A stretch of 64,000 bases of DNA from Scenedesmus sp. PABB004 (Eukaryota): assembly GCA_014905635.1 (NCBI GenBank), contig JABVCE010000008.1, forward strand, positions 930,001 to 994,000, read 5' to 3'. The notes beneath the pieces were generated by a model. That model was not told the origin of the DNA. It saw nothing but the letters and a program-made list of their open reading frames with translations, and searched no databases. Shown here piece after piece: positions 1 through 13,417 of this stretch (position 1 is its first letter; every line of letters starts with the position of its first letter). The translations under genes were made by a program, and so were the position numbers.

Positions 1-3000
1 CAGTGCGACCCCCCTCTCCCGCGCACCTGCTCGTCGATCGCGGCGTCGAGCTCGTCGAGCCACTGCAGCAGCGTGCGCCCGCCGCCGCCCCGCGGCCCCG
101 CGCCCTGGGGCCCCAGCCGGGCCTGCAGCCACTTGAGCGCGTCCGCGACGGCCCGCGTCTGCGAGCGGTCCACGAGCTGCTCCGCCGCGGCCAGCGGGAT
201 GTCCTGGTCGCCAAACTGCCAGGCGCGGGGCGGCGGCGCCGCGTCGAGCGCGGCGGCGGCAGCGGCGGCGGGCGCGGGCGCGGCGCGCGGCGGCGGCGCG
301 CGGCGCGTGGCGCGCGGCCGCGGGCGCGCCTGGATGTGGTGCAGGCCGCGCACGTGCGTCTTGACGCCCCGCCCGGCATCGCCGCCGCCACCGTGCACGC
401 GCAGCGGCACGCGCGGCGTCACCCACACGCCGCCGCCCGGCGCCGGCGGCGGCGGCGCGACGCCGGCGCCCGCGAGCGTGGCCGCGTGCGCCGCGGCGAT
501 GGCGTGCGCGGCGGCCGTCTGGTCGCTCGGGGCGTAGCAGTGCATGACAATCACCTGAACAATATGCGGGGGGGCACTGAGCGTTTCAATTGACTTGACT
601 GATTGACTGACTTGTGTGATTTGGGGCGGGGCGCGTGCCGCGGGCGCGGCGCTCGCGCGTGAATCACTGGCGCCGCCGCGGCCCGCTGGCTGCGCCCGCG
701 CTGCTCGGCCGTGCTCTCCCGCGGCGGCGCAGGCGCACCGTGTCGGCGAGCTCGAAGTAGTCGCCGCTGCCGCCCATGACCAACACGGTCGACACGCCCG
801 CGCCGCGCAGCTGCCTGCGCGGAGGCGCGCGGCGCGACGCGTGCGCGCGGCGCCGGCGGCCGGCGCCCGCACGCACCCCGCGCCCGCACGCACCCCGCGC
901 CCCGCTCCGCGCGCCACGCACGCGCCCCCTCGCCCGCGTGGTTGAGTGCGCACCTGATGCGCGCGCTGAAGGGCGTGATCGGCTCGCGGCTCGGCGGCAC
1001 GAGCGCGGCCATGCGGGGGTCACGCACCATGAGGTTGGTCGCGCACGTGTCCTCGTCCAGCAGCAGCGCCGACGCGCCCAGCTCCACCGCCTCCTGCACG
1101 GCGGCGGCGGCGGTTGCGCGAGCGGCGGCGGTTGCGCGAGCGGGGGCGGCGCCGCGAGCAGGGGCGGCGGCGGGGGAGGGGAACGCCCTTGGGACGCTCG
1201 GGCCACGCGCAGGGCTGCGCGCGGGGCGGCGCGCGGCGCGTGCCTGCATGTTGGTGGCCTGCGATGTCGAGCCGCTCGCGTCGTCGGAGCGGAACGCGGC
1301 CGTGCTGGCGCCGCCCGGGAGGTTGTTGATGAAGGGACTGTGTGTGTGATTGTGTGTGTGTGTTGTGTGTGTGGATGGGTGGGAGGGGGCGTGTCGAGGG
1401 AGGGAGGGGCAGGGGCAGGGGGCAGGGAGGGCCAGGCCGCGCCGGCCGGCGCGCGCCCTGCGGCGGCCGGCGCGGCTTGCCCACCTGATGTCGACGCCCT
1501 CGACGCGCCGCCCGTCCTCCGCCGCTACCTTGACCGCGCCCGGCACCGCCACCACGAGCTCGCGCCCGTCGCCGGGGACCTGCGTGCGGCGCGCGCGCGC
1601 GCGCGTAGCGCCGGCGTCGGGCGCCGGGCGGCAGCCCCTCGCCGCCACCAGGCACGCACGGGCCCGCCCGCCACGTCTGCGCCCCCACCACACACGCACG
1701 CAACACGCCCACCTTGTTGTACACGCCCGCCTCGAGCGCCTGCAGCAGCGTGGACTTGCCGTGGAAGCCGCCGCCCGCGATGAGCGTGACGCCGCGCCGC
1801 ACGCCCAGCCCCCGCACGCGCCCCCGGTGCGGCAGGTCCACCTCGACACACAGGCTCGGCGGCGCCGCAAACGGCACCAGCCCCGGGCCGGGCGGCATCG
1901 GCAGGTCGCTCGCGCCGCTGCGGCGCGGGCGCGGGCGGGCGGGCGCGGGGCTCGGGCGGGGCGCGCGCGCGCGGCCAGCCTGCCGGGCGCGCAGCGGCAC
2001 GACGCGCCGAGAGTGCGTGCGGCGCGGTGGGCCCGCGCGCGCCTCTTGCGGGGCAGCACGGCGCCGTCGCCGACGAAGCCGACCAGCCCCAGGCCGGGCA
2101 GCGCCGCGCGGAGCGCCTCGGTGTCCTCAACGCACTGCACGTGCGCCCAGATCGCGGCGCCGTCCAGCGACGCGTGCAGCAGCCCCGCCTGCACCGCCCT
2201 GCGTATGCGCGCGAGGCGCCGCGGCGCGGGCGCGGCGCACGGCGCGGGCGTGGGCCCGCCGCCGGGCGCTGCGCTGCCGGCGCGTGCGCGCGGCGCCGAC
2301 GCGCGCCGGCGGTGCGCCCGCGCCCACCTGGGCAGGTGCTGCGTCAGGACCTGGGCCGCCATGGCGCCCAGGACGCTGCGCCCCGCCGCGGGCAGGCCGA
2401 CGGTGAACCGCGCCTCCACGTCGCCCGTCGGCGACACCAGCACCGCGGTGCGCTCCAGCACGTGCTGGCCTGCGGCGCGCGGCGCAGCACCAGTGTGGCC
2501 GCCCCGAGCGCCCGCGCGGCTGCGCGAGCGCCGCTGCCGCTCGCCGCCGCCGCCGCCGGCGCTGCTGCCGCTGCGCCTCGGCGCGTCGACGCACCCGGCG
2601 CGTCGACACACACGTCGCCGCCCTTGGCGCCGTGCCAGCCCCCCGACGCCGCCGCGGCGCTCGCGCGGTTGGCCTCCGCCGCAAAGCGCCGCGCCAGCCA
2701 GTCGCCTGCGCCGGGCGGGCGCGCGGCGCGCTGAGCGAGCGGTCGAGCGATCGGGGCAAGCCGCAAGCCGGCGGCGCCCGGCCGCCCCGCACCGAGCGCG
2801 ATGCGCCGCAACTTGGTGCTCCAGAGGTGCGGCGGGAACGCTGCGACCGCGGCGGGGATCTGCCGCGGCGGCGCCGCGGCGTCAGGCGGGGGCGCGGCGC
2901 CGCGCGGCCGTCGGCATCGTGCGGCCGCGCCGCCCCGCCGCCGCCGCCGCCGCTGAGCGCGCGCGCGCCGCGCACCTGCGCGCGCAGGCGGCTGGGCGCG

Positions 3001-3437
3001 GCGTACGGGTCACCCTGCACGTGGTCGACGATCAGCGCAAAGGCCCCGCAGCTCCACGCGCCCTCAATGTCCCGGTATGCCCGGTATCCCTTGCCGTCGA
3101 GCCGCTGCAGCAGCGCGGCCAGCGCCGCCGCGTCGCCGCGCGGCGGCGCCACGCCGCGGCCAGCCGCCGCCGCCGCGGGCGCCGCCGCGCCGTCGTCGTC
3201 GTCCCCGCCCTCCCACGGGTCGGCCGGCAGCCGCCCGCCGTCCGCCCAGTCCCCGTCGCCGCCGCCGCGGCCGCCGTAGCCGCCGCCTGCGGGCGCGCGC
3301 TGCCCGCGCTCGGCGCGCTGCTGCGCGTCCGGCGCGCCGCCGCCGCCGCCGCACCGCCCCGGCGTGCCGCACCTGCCTCCCTGGCGCGCGAGCCGCCGCC
3401 GCCGTACTTGGCCTTGTAGTACCAGCCACGCCCCCGC

Positions 3438-3476
<39 letters not shown>

Positions 3477-3490
3477 AATCGGCCGGACAT
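1..3490 (-). CDS. ABC-class ATPase (COG3044/PF09818, MRB1590-like), multi-exon, runs off the left edge
   Basis: Spliced exons give LQRLDGKGYRAYRDIEGAW..IVDHVQGDPYAAPSRLR, Walker A GGGFHGKSTLL, AEDGRRVEGVDISPFINNLPGG..DASGSTSQA and Walker B LLLDEDTCATNLMVRD. ATG at 3490 opens a Gly/Arg-rich N-terminus. Confidence 0.92.
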
Positions 3491-4048
3491 CGCCACGTTC
3501 GCCGGCCGCCGCGGCCCGACCAGCCGCGGCGCGGCCGCCGACGCGGCCGCCGGCGCGCAGCGCTGCCGCCGGGCAGCCGCCACCGCCGGGCCCCCTTGCT
3601 GTCCGAGCGTGGGAGGGGATCGGCCGCCGCGCGGCGGCGCCGCAGACCCCGCCGTGCGCGCTCGGCCGCACGCCGCTGCTGCTGCCGCCGCGCGCGGCGC
3701 GTACGCTGGCTCTCTGCCGGAGCGGTGCTGGGCGTGCTGAGCGTGGAGGACCGTTCAGCGGGAGTGCACGACCAGCTGGAAGGGTCGGGGCAGCAGCGCT
3801 CCGGCGCGCGCTTGAGCCGCCGTCACGACGAGCGCTCGATCGCGGCCGGCGCCGCTCCTTCCGTCGCTGGCGGCTCCAGCATACCGCACAGGCCGCAGCA
3901 ACGTTCGCCCTGTGCTCCGCGCGCGTGCCGGCTCTTGCGCTGCGGCGGTCAGCGCGCTCGCTGTCTCCCTCTGTCCACGCCCCCCGCCTCTCATCAGCAC
4001 CGCCTGCCGGTGCGGGACGACGGCCAGCCTCTTCCTCTGGCGCGCAGC

Positions 4049-4651
4049 ATGGCGGCGCAGGTGGGCGGCGGCCCGCGCGCCGCGCGGCAGCTGCGCCGCT
4101 CGAACCGCCCGCCCGCGCCCCGCGCGGCAGCGCCAGGCAGCGGCCTGGCAAGCGCAGGAGCAGGCTGACCTGGAGGACCGGCAGCTGATCGTGGAGTCGG
4201 CGTACCTCTCGGAGCTGCAGGGCCAGAAGGGCGAGCTGCTCTCAAAGGTCGCGGCGCTGCGCGCCGACCTCCAGGAGTGGCGCGCCAAGCTGGAGGGCCA
4301 GGTCAAGTCGTACAAGACGGTTGGTGCTCGTGCCGCGGCGGCTGCGCAGCGCGCGGGCGTCGCAGCGCGCTGGCCCGGGCGCCGCGCACGGCGTGCGCCG
4401 CGCGCGGCGCGGCCGACCGCCACGGCGCCCCGCCGCCGCCCGCAGGAGGTCAGCGACCTGCGCGCCGCGCTGTCGGGCGAGGTCGACGCGCTGCGGGGCG
4501 AGTTCAGGGACCTCAAGGCCGCGCTGAAGCAGCAGCTCGACGCCATGGCCAGCATGCACGCCGCGGCCACCGCGGCGGCGCTGCCGTCCCCGGCGGCGGC
4601 GGCGGCGGCGCGGCCGCCAACAACGGCGCGGGCGGCGGCGGCGTGCCGTGA
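4049..4651 (+). CDS. Small coiled-coil protein of a conserved uncharacterised green-plant family; 3' end uncertain
   Basis: Exons 4049-4060, 4131-4320 and from 4446 give ...KGELLSKVAALRADLQEWRAKLEGQVKSYKTEVSDLRAALSGEVDALRGEFRDLKAALKQQ. A stop at 4651 needs a frameshift. Confidence 0.6.
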
Positions 4652-4750
4652 CACCGCGGCAGGCAGCGGCCTCGGTCACCTCGCTGAGCGAGGCTCGCTC
4701 TGCAACCAACGAACGACCCCGCACGCCGGCCAGTCGGCGGCCCGCGCGGC

Positions 4751-5362
4751 TCACGACTCCATCGGCGCCGCCGCCGCCGCCGCGTCGCCAGCTGCCGCGT
4801 CGCCAGCTGCCGCCGCCGCGCCCGCCCGCTTGCCGCCGGCGCGCTTCGTCACGACCTTGACCCGCGCGGCGCCGCGCTTCTTCTTGCCGCGCCGCCCGCC
4901 CGCTGCGTCGGCCTCCGCGCCCTCGCCGCCCTCCGCGCCGGGGCCCTCCGCGTCCATCACCTTGGCCGCCTGCTCGCTCTGCAGCAGCTCCAGCGCGCGG
5001 CGCTTGCTCTCAGAGTCGGTGATCTTGATGCCCTGCGGGCGGCGCGGCGCGCGGGCAGCGCGGCGCGGTCGGCGCTGGCGCCAGCGCGGGCAGCGGGGGC
5101 GAGGCGCCGCGCCGGTGCTGCCGCTGGGCTGTGGGGCGCGCGGCGCCTGCGCGCGACGCGTGCGCACCCTGATCTTCACGCCCTTGCGGATGCGCAGGCC
5201 CTTGCGCTTCGTCTTGACCTCGCCCGTCGCCGCCAGCTGCCGCGCCTTCTTGCGGTCCGCCTTGGCCTGCTTGCGCTGCGCCGCCTCGCGCGCCGCCTTT
5301 TCGAGGGCGAGGTCGTGGGCGTGCTTGCGCGCCATGATGGCGCGGTTGTTCTTTTTGCTCAT
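4751..5362 (-). CDS. Basic Lys/Arg-rich hypothetical protein, 2 exons
   Basis: MSKKNNRAIMARKHAHDLALEK...KGVKIR | GIKITDSESKRRALELLQ. GT-AG intron about 5033-5166; coding-like codon usage. Confidence 0.75.
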   Translation of the reverse strand: MSKKNNRAIMARKHAHDLALEKAAREAAQRKQAKADRKKARQLAATGEVKTKRKGLRIRKGVKIRVRTRRAQAPRAPQPSGSTGAAPRPRCPRWRQRRPRRAARAPRRPQGIKITDSESKRRALELLQSEQAAKVMDAEGPGAEGGEGAEADAAGGRRGKKKRGAARVKVVTKRAGGKRAGAAAAAGDAAAGDAAAAAAPMES

Positions 5363-5860
5363 CGCTGCGGCAGCTGGCGGCGCCGCGCCAGCGGCTGCTG
5401 CTGTCGACGGCGGCTGCTCGACGGCGCCGCGCCAACGCCGGCGGCTGCTGTCGACGGCTGCTCGACGGCGGCCACGCGGCGGCTGGTGAACGCGCGCAGT
5501 GAGGGAGCGAGGAGTGTGGCGCGGCCACGGCTGGGCGCGTGGGGCTGCACGGCGGCTGCGGCGGGAGCAGCGGCAGGAGCGGGGCGGCGCAGGTCGCGGT
5601 GCGCGCGTGGTGGGTGGCGGACGGGCTGTGTGAGCGCTGCCAGGGCGAGCGCGACGGCGCGCAGAGGCGGCGCGCGGTCCGGCGCTCGTCGCGACGCGGC
5701 CCCGCCGCGCTGAGCACGCGGCGCGGCCCCACTGGCCCGTCAGTCGGCTCGCCCGTCCAGCACTTGAATGCACGCCCCGCTGTCCGCCCCCTGCTGCCGC
5801 CTGCGCACGCCGCGAGCGCCGCCGCTGCTCGGCGCGCGCCGCCGCTGCCCCTGCGCCCGC

Positions 5861-6275
5861 ATGTCCGGGCCGCCGCCGCAGCCCTTTGCGCAGCTGGGCG
5901 CGCACAAGGCGGCGGTGAAGGACAAGCTCCAGGGCGTGCTGGCCACCGTTGCGCGCGTGCCGGCGGTCGTCGAGGCCGACGGCGCCAGGCAGCTCAGCGC
6001 CGCAACCGCCGCGCTGGTCGCGCGCGAGGCGGCGCACGCGCACACGCAGGCGGTGAGCCGGCGCGGCCGCGGCCGGCGCGCGCGCCGGCGCCGCTCGCGC
6101 GCCACGTGCGCGCCCGCCGCCGCCGCCGCGGCAGAGCCTGGACGCGCTGCCGGCCGAGCTGTCGGCATTTGACAAGGCACTGGACGACGCGCTGGCGCGG
6201 TCGCACGACATCAGCAGCAGCCTCGCCGTGCTGCGTGCGTTCAACGCCGCGCAGCAGCAGCGCGGCCTGCCCTGA
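5861..6275 (+). CDS. 110-aa helical hypothetical protein, 2 exons
   Basis: ATG 5861; intron 6053-6134 (GTGAG..GCAG); exon 2 SLDALPAELSAFDKALDDALARSHDISSSLAVLRAFN..LP*; TGA 6273-6275. Confidence 0.7.
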
Positions 6276-6293
6276 GCGCGCGCCGGCGCGGGC

Positions 6294-7636
6294 ATGGAGG
6301 CGCCGTGCAGCGGCGGCCCGCCCGCAGCGTCGGGCGTTGCGGCGCGGCTGGCCACGCTGCAGCGCCGGCAGCGGACGGCCGAGGCGGCTGCGCCGCCGCT
6401 GCCGTCGGAGCCGCCACAGCCCGCTCAGCAGGAGCAGCACGCGGACGTGTTTGCGGCGCGCGCCGCGCTGCTGCGGGCGCGCGACCGCGGCGCGCGAGCT
6501 GCGGGCGCCGACGGCGACCGCCCGGCGCGCGGGGCGGCGCGGCGGGCCTGGCCGCGTGCGGGGGCCCGGTGCAGGCGCCGGTGCAGCCGCAGCCACGCGA
6601 CCACCCGGGACCACCACGCGACAGCCCCGCACGGCCAGAGGAGTATGTGGAGCGCATGCGGCAGCTGCTGGAGGCGGAGGGGCGCGCGGACGTCGGTGAG
6701 GCGTGCTTCGGCGCCACCTCGGACGGCAACGGCGCCGGCGCGGCGGGCGCGGCGGTCGCAGCGGGCGCGGCGCCCCGGCCGCCGCCGCCACCGGAGGCGC
6801 AGCAGCAGCCCGAGGCCGCCGCCGTGCCGGCGCACGCGCGGCGGCTGCTGGTGCTGGCGTCGCAGAGCCTGGCCGCCGCCGACCACGGCGAGGCGCGGCA
6901 GCGCGCGGCGGCGGCGGCAGCCGCGGCGGGCGGCGCCTGCGCCAGCTTTTCGCGCGCGGCGGAGCAGCTCGAGGCCGCGGCGACGGTGCTCGAGTGCGCG
7001 GGCCGGCAGCAGTGGGCGGCCGCCCTGCAGCTCGCGCCGCCCGCGGCGGCGGCGTCCGCGGAGCCGGGCGCAGTGCGCCAGGCGTACCGGCGCCTGGCGG
7101 CGCTGGTGCACCCCGACAAGTTCGCCCACGCCTGCGCGGGCGCGGCGTTCACGGCGCTGTCGACGGCGTACGAGCGCGCGCTGCTCGCCTGCGGCGGCGC
7201 GGCTGGCGACGCGGCCGCCGACTGGGCGCCGGAGCCGGGGCCGGCGTGTGGCGCGCCCCCGGGCGACGACGCCGAGTTTGCCTGGTGGTCCGAGTGGGAG
7301 GCCGACGTCGGCGCGGGGCGCGTCGACGGCGCCGCGGCCGCCGGGGGCGGCGGCGGCGGCCGCGGGGACGCCGACGCCGAGGCCGAGGCGGACGGCGCCG
7401 CGCTGGGGGAACTGAGCCTGCAGGAGCTCGCGGCGGAGGTGGAGGCGCGCCAGGCGGGCCTGCTGCGCCCGGCCGACGCCGCCGACGCCGCGCGGCCGCT
7501 GGGCGAGCGGCAGCGCCGGCTGCGCGCGGCGCGCGCCGCACTCAGCGCGCGGCTGGCGGCCCAGCGCGCCGCCGCAGCGGAGGCGGCCGCCGGGGGCCTG
7601 GGCGGCGAGCACGGTGGCGGCTTTGTGCGCGAGTGA
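6294..7636 (+). CDS. J-domain (DnaJ-family) protein
   Basis: AVRQAYRRLAALVHPDKFAHACAGAAFTALSTAYERAL contains the HPD motif. A GC-AG intron at 6490-6638 joins LLRARDR-EEYVERMRQLL. Confidence 0.8.
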
Positions 7637-7853
7637 CGGCGTCAGCCGCGGGAGCCCGCCGGGCTGCCCGCGAGCTTTTGCTGCAACCTGAAGAGTCTCC
7701 TCGAGCTCACGTGGGTCTCTCTCGCCCTTCCCAGCCCGCCTCGCGCTCGAGGAAGCCGGCTCCAGCACCGCGCCGCAGCAGAGCGCTCCGCGCTGCTCCC
7801 CGCCCGCCAGCGCCCTCCCCGGTGCCTGGGCGAGTCAAAACAGCTTCGAAGCC

Positions 7854-9196
<1,343 letters not shown>

Positions 9197-9207
9197 GCTG
9201 CGCACGC

Positions 9208-9668
9208 GCTGCGCTGAGGCGCGCCGAAGCTGGCCAGCGCGCGCAGGCGGCGATGCAACAACACAGCGGTTGAAGGCTCTCATCTCCCCCAACACCGCGC
9301 CCCTGCGCCGATCTCAGCCCGCGCCGGCGCCGCCGCCGCCGCCCAGCAGCTGGGCCAGCGCGGCGCGCAGCCTGGGCATGTCGCGCCGCGCCGCCCACTC
9401 GGCCGCCTTGCGGTAGCCCCGCGCAAACGCCGCCACTGCCGGCTCGCCCGGCCCCAGCCCCGCCAGGCGCTGCACCGCCGCGTCCAGCTCGTCCAGCTGC
9501 TCCGCCGGCGCCGCGAGGCAGTTCACGCTCAGCAGGTCCCACAGCACGTCTCCGGCCGCGGCCACGCTGGTGAAGGGCGGCAGCGCAAAGCCGGACGGCA
9601 GCGGGCAGTCGTCGTGCGCCGCCTGCTGCGCCCCGCCCGCGGCAGCCGCCGCCTCGGCCACTGCAGCC
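9208..9668. repeat. 461-bp direct repeat, copy 1 (partner 13418-13878)
   Basis: Matches at offset 4210 with a single mismatch that I could see (9557 C vs 13767 T). Confidence 0.95.
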
Positions 9669-12391
9669 GGGAGCGCCTCGGCTGCTTCAGGTGCGCTGGC
9701 CGGGGCCGCCGGCGAGCTCGCAGGCTGGGGCTGCGTCGCCGGGCTGCACTGGTGGTGGGCGCCCGCGACCAGGGCGGCGGCCACGCCGCCACCGCGCGCG
9801 ACTGCTGGTGCTGGCCGCTGCAGCTGCGCTGCCGCCGGCTGCTTGGCCACGGCCAGCGCCGCTGCCGCAGCGGCTGCGGGCGCCACCTCAGCAGGCACGT
9901 GCCCGGCGACGATGGCCTGCAGCAACTGCATGGTCGCGCCGCGCGCCTCGCCAGGCAGCGCGCCATGCTGCAGGGTGGCCAGCGCCTGCCGCCAGTCGCT
10001 GGCGCTGTCACCCGGCCCGCTGCTGGCGGTTGCTGCTGCGGCCGCCCCGCAGCCGCTGCGGCCCAGCGTGGCCGGCGTTGCCGGCTGCGCGGGGGCCTCG
10101 GTGCCGCACCGCGTGCCGCCGCTGGCGTCGCCCTCCGCGTGGCTGCTGCCGCCCTCACCCTCCACCTCGCTGGGGCCGTTGATGCCCGCGCCGCTGCCGT
10201 CCGCACCACGGCCAGGCTCGCCCTCCACGTGCAGCGTGATGCTGGCGCCATCGCTGGCGACGCTGGTCAGGCGGCGGCCCTTGAACGAGTGCAGCCCGGC
10301 GTCACCCAGGCCACGCAGGCAGTACTTGCGCTGGTAGCTCGAGTCATCCAGCTTGCTGGGGCTGGCCGGCGCAAGGCGCACCGTGCTGGCCCGTTGGCCG
10401 CGGCTTCCTGCGTGCAGGGCGGCAGATGGCACCAATGAGAGGCGCAGGCGCGGCTGCCGGCGCGTGCCCTGCGCAGCGCGGCCGCCGCTCACTGAGCGCC
10501 GGCAGCTCCGTGGGCACGCCGCCCACGCACAGCCGCAGCGGCAGCTCCAGCGGCCGCCTGAGCACGCCGAACAGCGGCTCCACGAAGCCCCTGTTGAGGT
10601 GGACGCCGTTGTTGTGCAGAGAGCTGTCAGAGAGCACCAGGTCCTGCAGCGTGGGCAGGGCGGCTGGCCAGTCAGCGCTTGGCTGCTCAGCAGCAGGCGA
10701 GGCTGCCCGCCGCGTCTGCGCCACATAAGGAGCCGCACCTTGGCCAGAAAGCGCTCGCCCCCCGCCAGCACAGGCGGCGGCAGCTGCGGCTGGACGCGGC
10801 CCGCCGCCGCCAGGTGCAGCGTGATGTCGGCGCCGTTGCTGGACATGGCCGTCACCTTGTGGCCCAGGTACGCCGCCAGCCCGGCGGCGCGCAGGCCGCG
10901 CACGTGGTGCCGCACCGCGCGGTCGCCGCGCGCTGGGCTGCGCGTGCGAGGGCACAATCCTCACCATCGGCGCCGCGCCGCCTGCGGGGCGGGGGTTGCG
11001 ATCAGGTTCAGCAGCGAGTGTCTGCCTGCACGGCACACGCTGACCGCAGCAGGCAGGCGCCCGCCGCACCTGGCGGCGCCACCGGCATGCCGTCCACCAC
11101 CAGCCGCAGCGGCAGCTCCAGCGGCTGCACCAGCTCGCCAAACTGGGAGTGCGCCAGCGCGTCACGCACTGTCAGACCAGTATGCATGGTGCCAGTGGTC
11201 AGCATCTGGCTCTGTGGAATGCAGAGGCGGCGGCAGCCCGTCAGCAGCGCTCTGTGCTTGAGCAGCAGGCAGCCAGCAGCCGCTCACCGTGGCCACGGAC
11301 GTCACAGCGTGGGACGGCGCGCCGCCCGCACCGCCACTGAGCCCCACGCCAGCTGGCTCCGCCTCCTCGTCGTCCGGCTCCTCGCTGCCGCCCTCGTCGC
11401 CGCTGCTGCCCTCACTGGCGCTGGCACTCTGCTCGTCCTCTGTCACCCACCGCCGCCGCTTGCGCTGCCGCCGTTGCGACCGCCGCAGCAGCCCCTCCTC
11501 AGGCACCGCCTTGATGTCCCACTGCTGCGCCACCACAGGCGGCGGCGGCGGCGGCGCTGCCACTGAGCCCGGCAGGGCCGGCAGCCGGCAGCGGTCCACG
11601 TCCGCCTGGCTGCAGCTGCCCCGGCGCACGAGCTTGCTGAGCGCCCTCATCTGCCAGTCAAGCGTGGCCAGCTGCTCCTCCGTGGACGCGCCGCTGCCCC
11701 CGCCACCGCCGGTCAGCGCCGCTGAGTCGAGCGGCTGCGCTGTGACAGCGCCGGCTGCCGCGACAGCAGCCGCCGCGGGCGCAGCGCCACCGTCCCAGCC
11801 GCCGCCTGTGCGCGGCGCGGCGAGGCTGCGGCTGCCGCTGTCGCTGCTCGCCGTGCGCAGCGCCGGGGCCAGCGGCGGCGTGCTCAGCGCCGGGGGCAGG
11901 CGCGGCTGCGCCCACAGTCCCTGCTGCTCCAGCACGTCTGCGGGCGTGCCTTCAGCTGCACGCACAGCCCAAGCGCCTGCCGCTGCCGCGAGGCCGCCGT
12001 CGAGGCTGTCGCCCGCTGCGCTGCTGCCGGCGGTGGCGCGCCAGCGCTTGGCGGCCGGGCTGCCGCCGCTGCCGGTGGTGTCGCAGCCAGCCTCGCCGCC
12101 ATGCGCAAGCGCCCGCTTGGCCGGCGCCGGGCCGCACGGTGGCACGCAGGTCAGGCCGCCGCCAGCCTCCACTGTGTGCGCGTCGCCGCTGCTGAGCTGC
12201 TGAAGCGCCGGCGACTCGTCCTCCAGCACCGTCACGCTCGCCAGCGCGGCCTCCCAGGCGCCCTGCGCCCACGTGGCCGGCGTGCCGCTCTGCTGCTGCA
12301 GCTGCGCCGCGCTGCCGTCGGCAGCCGCTGCAGCGCCGGGGGCCGCCAGGCGCTGATGGAGGAGAGCTGGGAAGTCCGGAGCCTCGGCCAT
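9314..12391 (-). CDS. Unknown family, member A (two ~100-aa repeats plus helical C-terminal domain); chimeric; frameshift near 10930 (pseudogene or assembly error)
   Basis: MAEAPDFPALLHQRLAAP..; collinear with 23154-26234 including introns; the C-terminus is identical to that of gene C (13524 onward). Confidence 0.7.
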
Positions 12392-12916
12392 GGTGTTTCC
12401 GGGGCGGGCCTCGGCGCACCGACGAGGCGCCGCGATGCTGGCGCCCGCCGCTGCTGCTGCGGCGCCGGGCGCCCGGCGGCGGGGCTGGGGCGCCCTGGAT
12501 CGGGCCCGAGACCACACGTCTGGGCGCGCTCTGACGCGTGGGGTGGCGCGCGGGCTGGTGCGTCGGCGGCTGCGGGCAGCGCGGCGTGCGGCGGGGCGCA
12601 GCAGCAGCGGCGGCGGCCGCTCGCGCGCGGCGCCGGCGCAGCCGCCCGTGAGCGCGGCTGTGGTGAGGACCGGCCTGGGACTGCACCACGCCACGCCGGG
12701 GCACACCGATAAGGGTGCCCCACGTGGGCGCGAGCGCGGGCGGGGTTCAGGGGCGCGGCGCCGAGCCAACAGCGCGGCGCCTACCAGGTCCAACCGCCGC
12801 AGCAGCATGCCCATGGGCCAGCGACACAGTAAGCAACGGCAATGCGACAAACGTCGGCCGCAAGCAACTGCGCCGCGCGCGCGCAAGCACCCACCGCCCT
12901 CCGCACGCGCGCGCCG

Positions 12917-13414
12917 TCAGCCACCGCGGTGGCTGACGGCACGCGGTCGGCCGACCGCGTGCTGCAGCAGCTCGCGCAGCACCTGCTGGACGCGCGGCGT
13001 GTTGCGGCGCGCCACCTGGCCGGGGAGGAGCCCGCGTTGGGCGAACGGCGGCGCAGCGAAAGGGCTCGATCGCGGCGGCGGTCGGCGGCGGCGTTCACAC
13101 GGCGCGCGCGCGGCTGCCTGGTGCCCGCCCCGCGCTCTCGCTCCTGGAGCAACCGCCGCCGGCGTCGCGCGTGCTCTGCGCAGAGAACCCCGCGCGCGGC
13201 GATCATTTGCTGCCACCCAGTTGCGCAGCTTGCGGTAGTTGAGCTCAAAGCGGGCCAGCCGGCTGCCCGGCTGGGCGCCGGCCGCCGCCTGCCCGGCCAG
13301 TCCGCGCAGGGCCTCCATGGCCGCCTCCAGCTGCTCCAGCTGCTCGTCCGGCGCGGCCAGGCAGTCCATGTCCACGAGGCCCCACAGCGCCGACTTCGCC
13401 GCCTCCAGCCCGGC
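12917..13414 (-). pseudogene. 5'-truncated copy of the B-type C-terminal coding tail, containing a 201-bp intron
   Basis: AGLEAAKSALWGLVDMDCLAAPDEQLEQLEAAMEALRGL..NW[intron]VARRNTPRVQQVLRELLQHAVG matches 23154-23423. Confidence 0.85.
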
Positions 13415-13417
13415 GCA

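Noticed and set aside
588..615. AT-richer (TGAC/TTGAC)n patch resembling clustered W-boxes
   Set aside because: It is inside an ATPase intron and is best explained as simple-sequence slippage.
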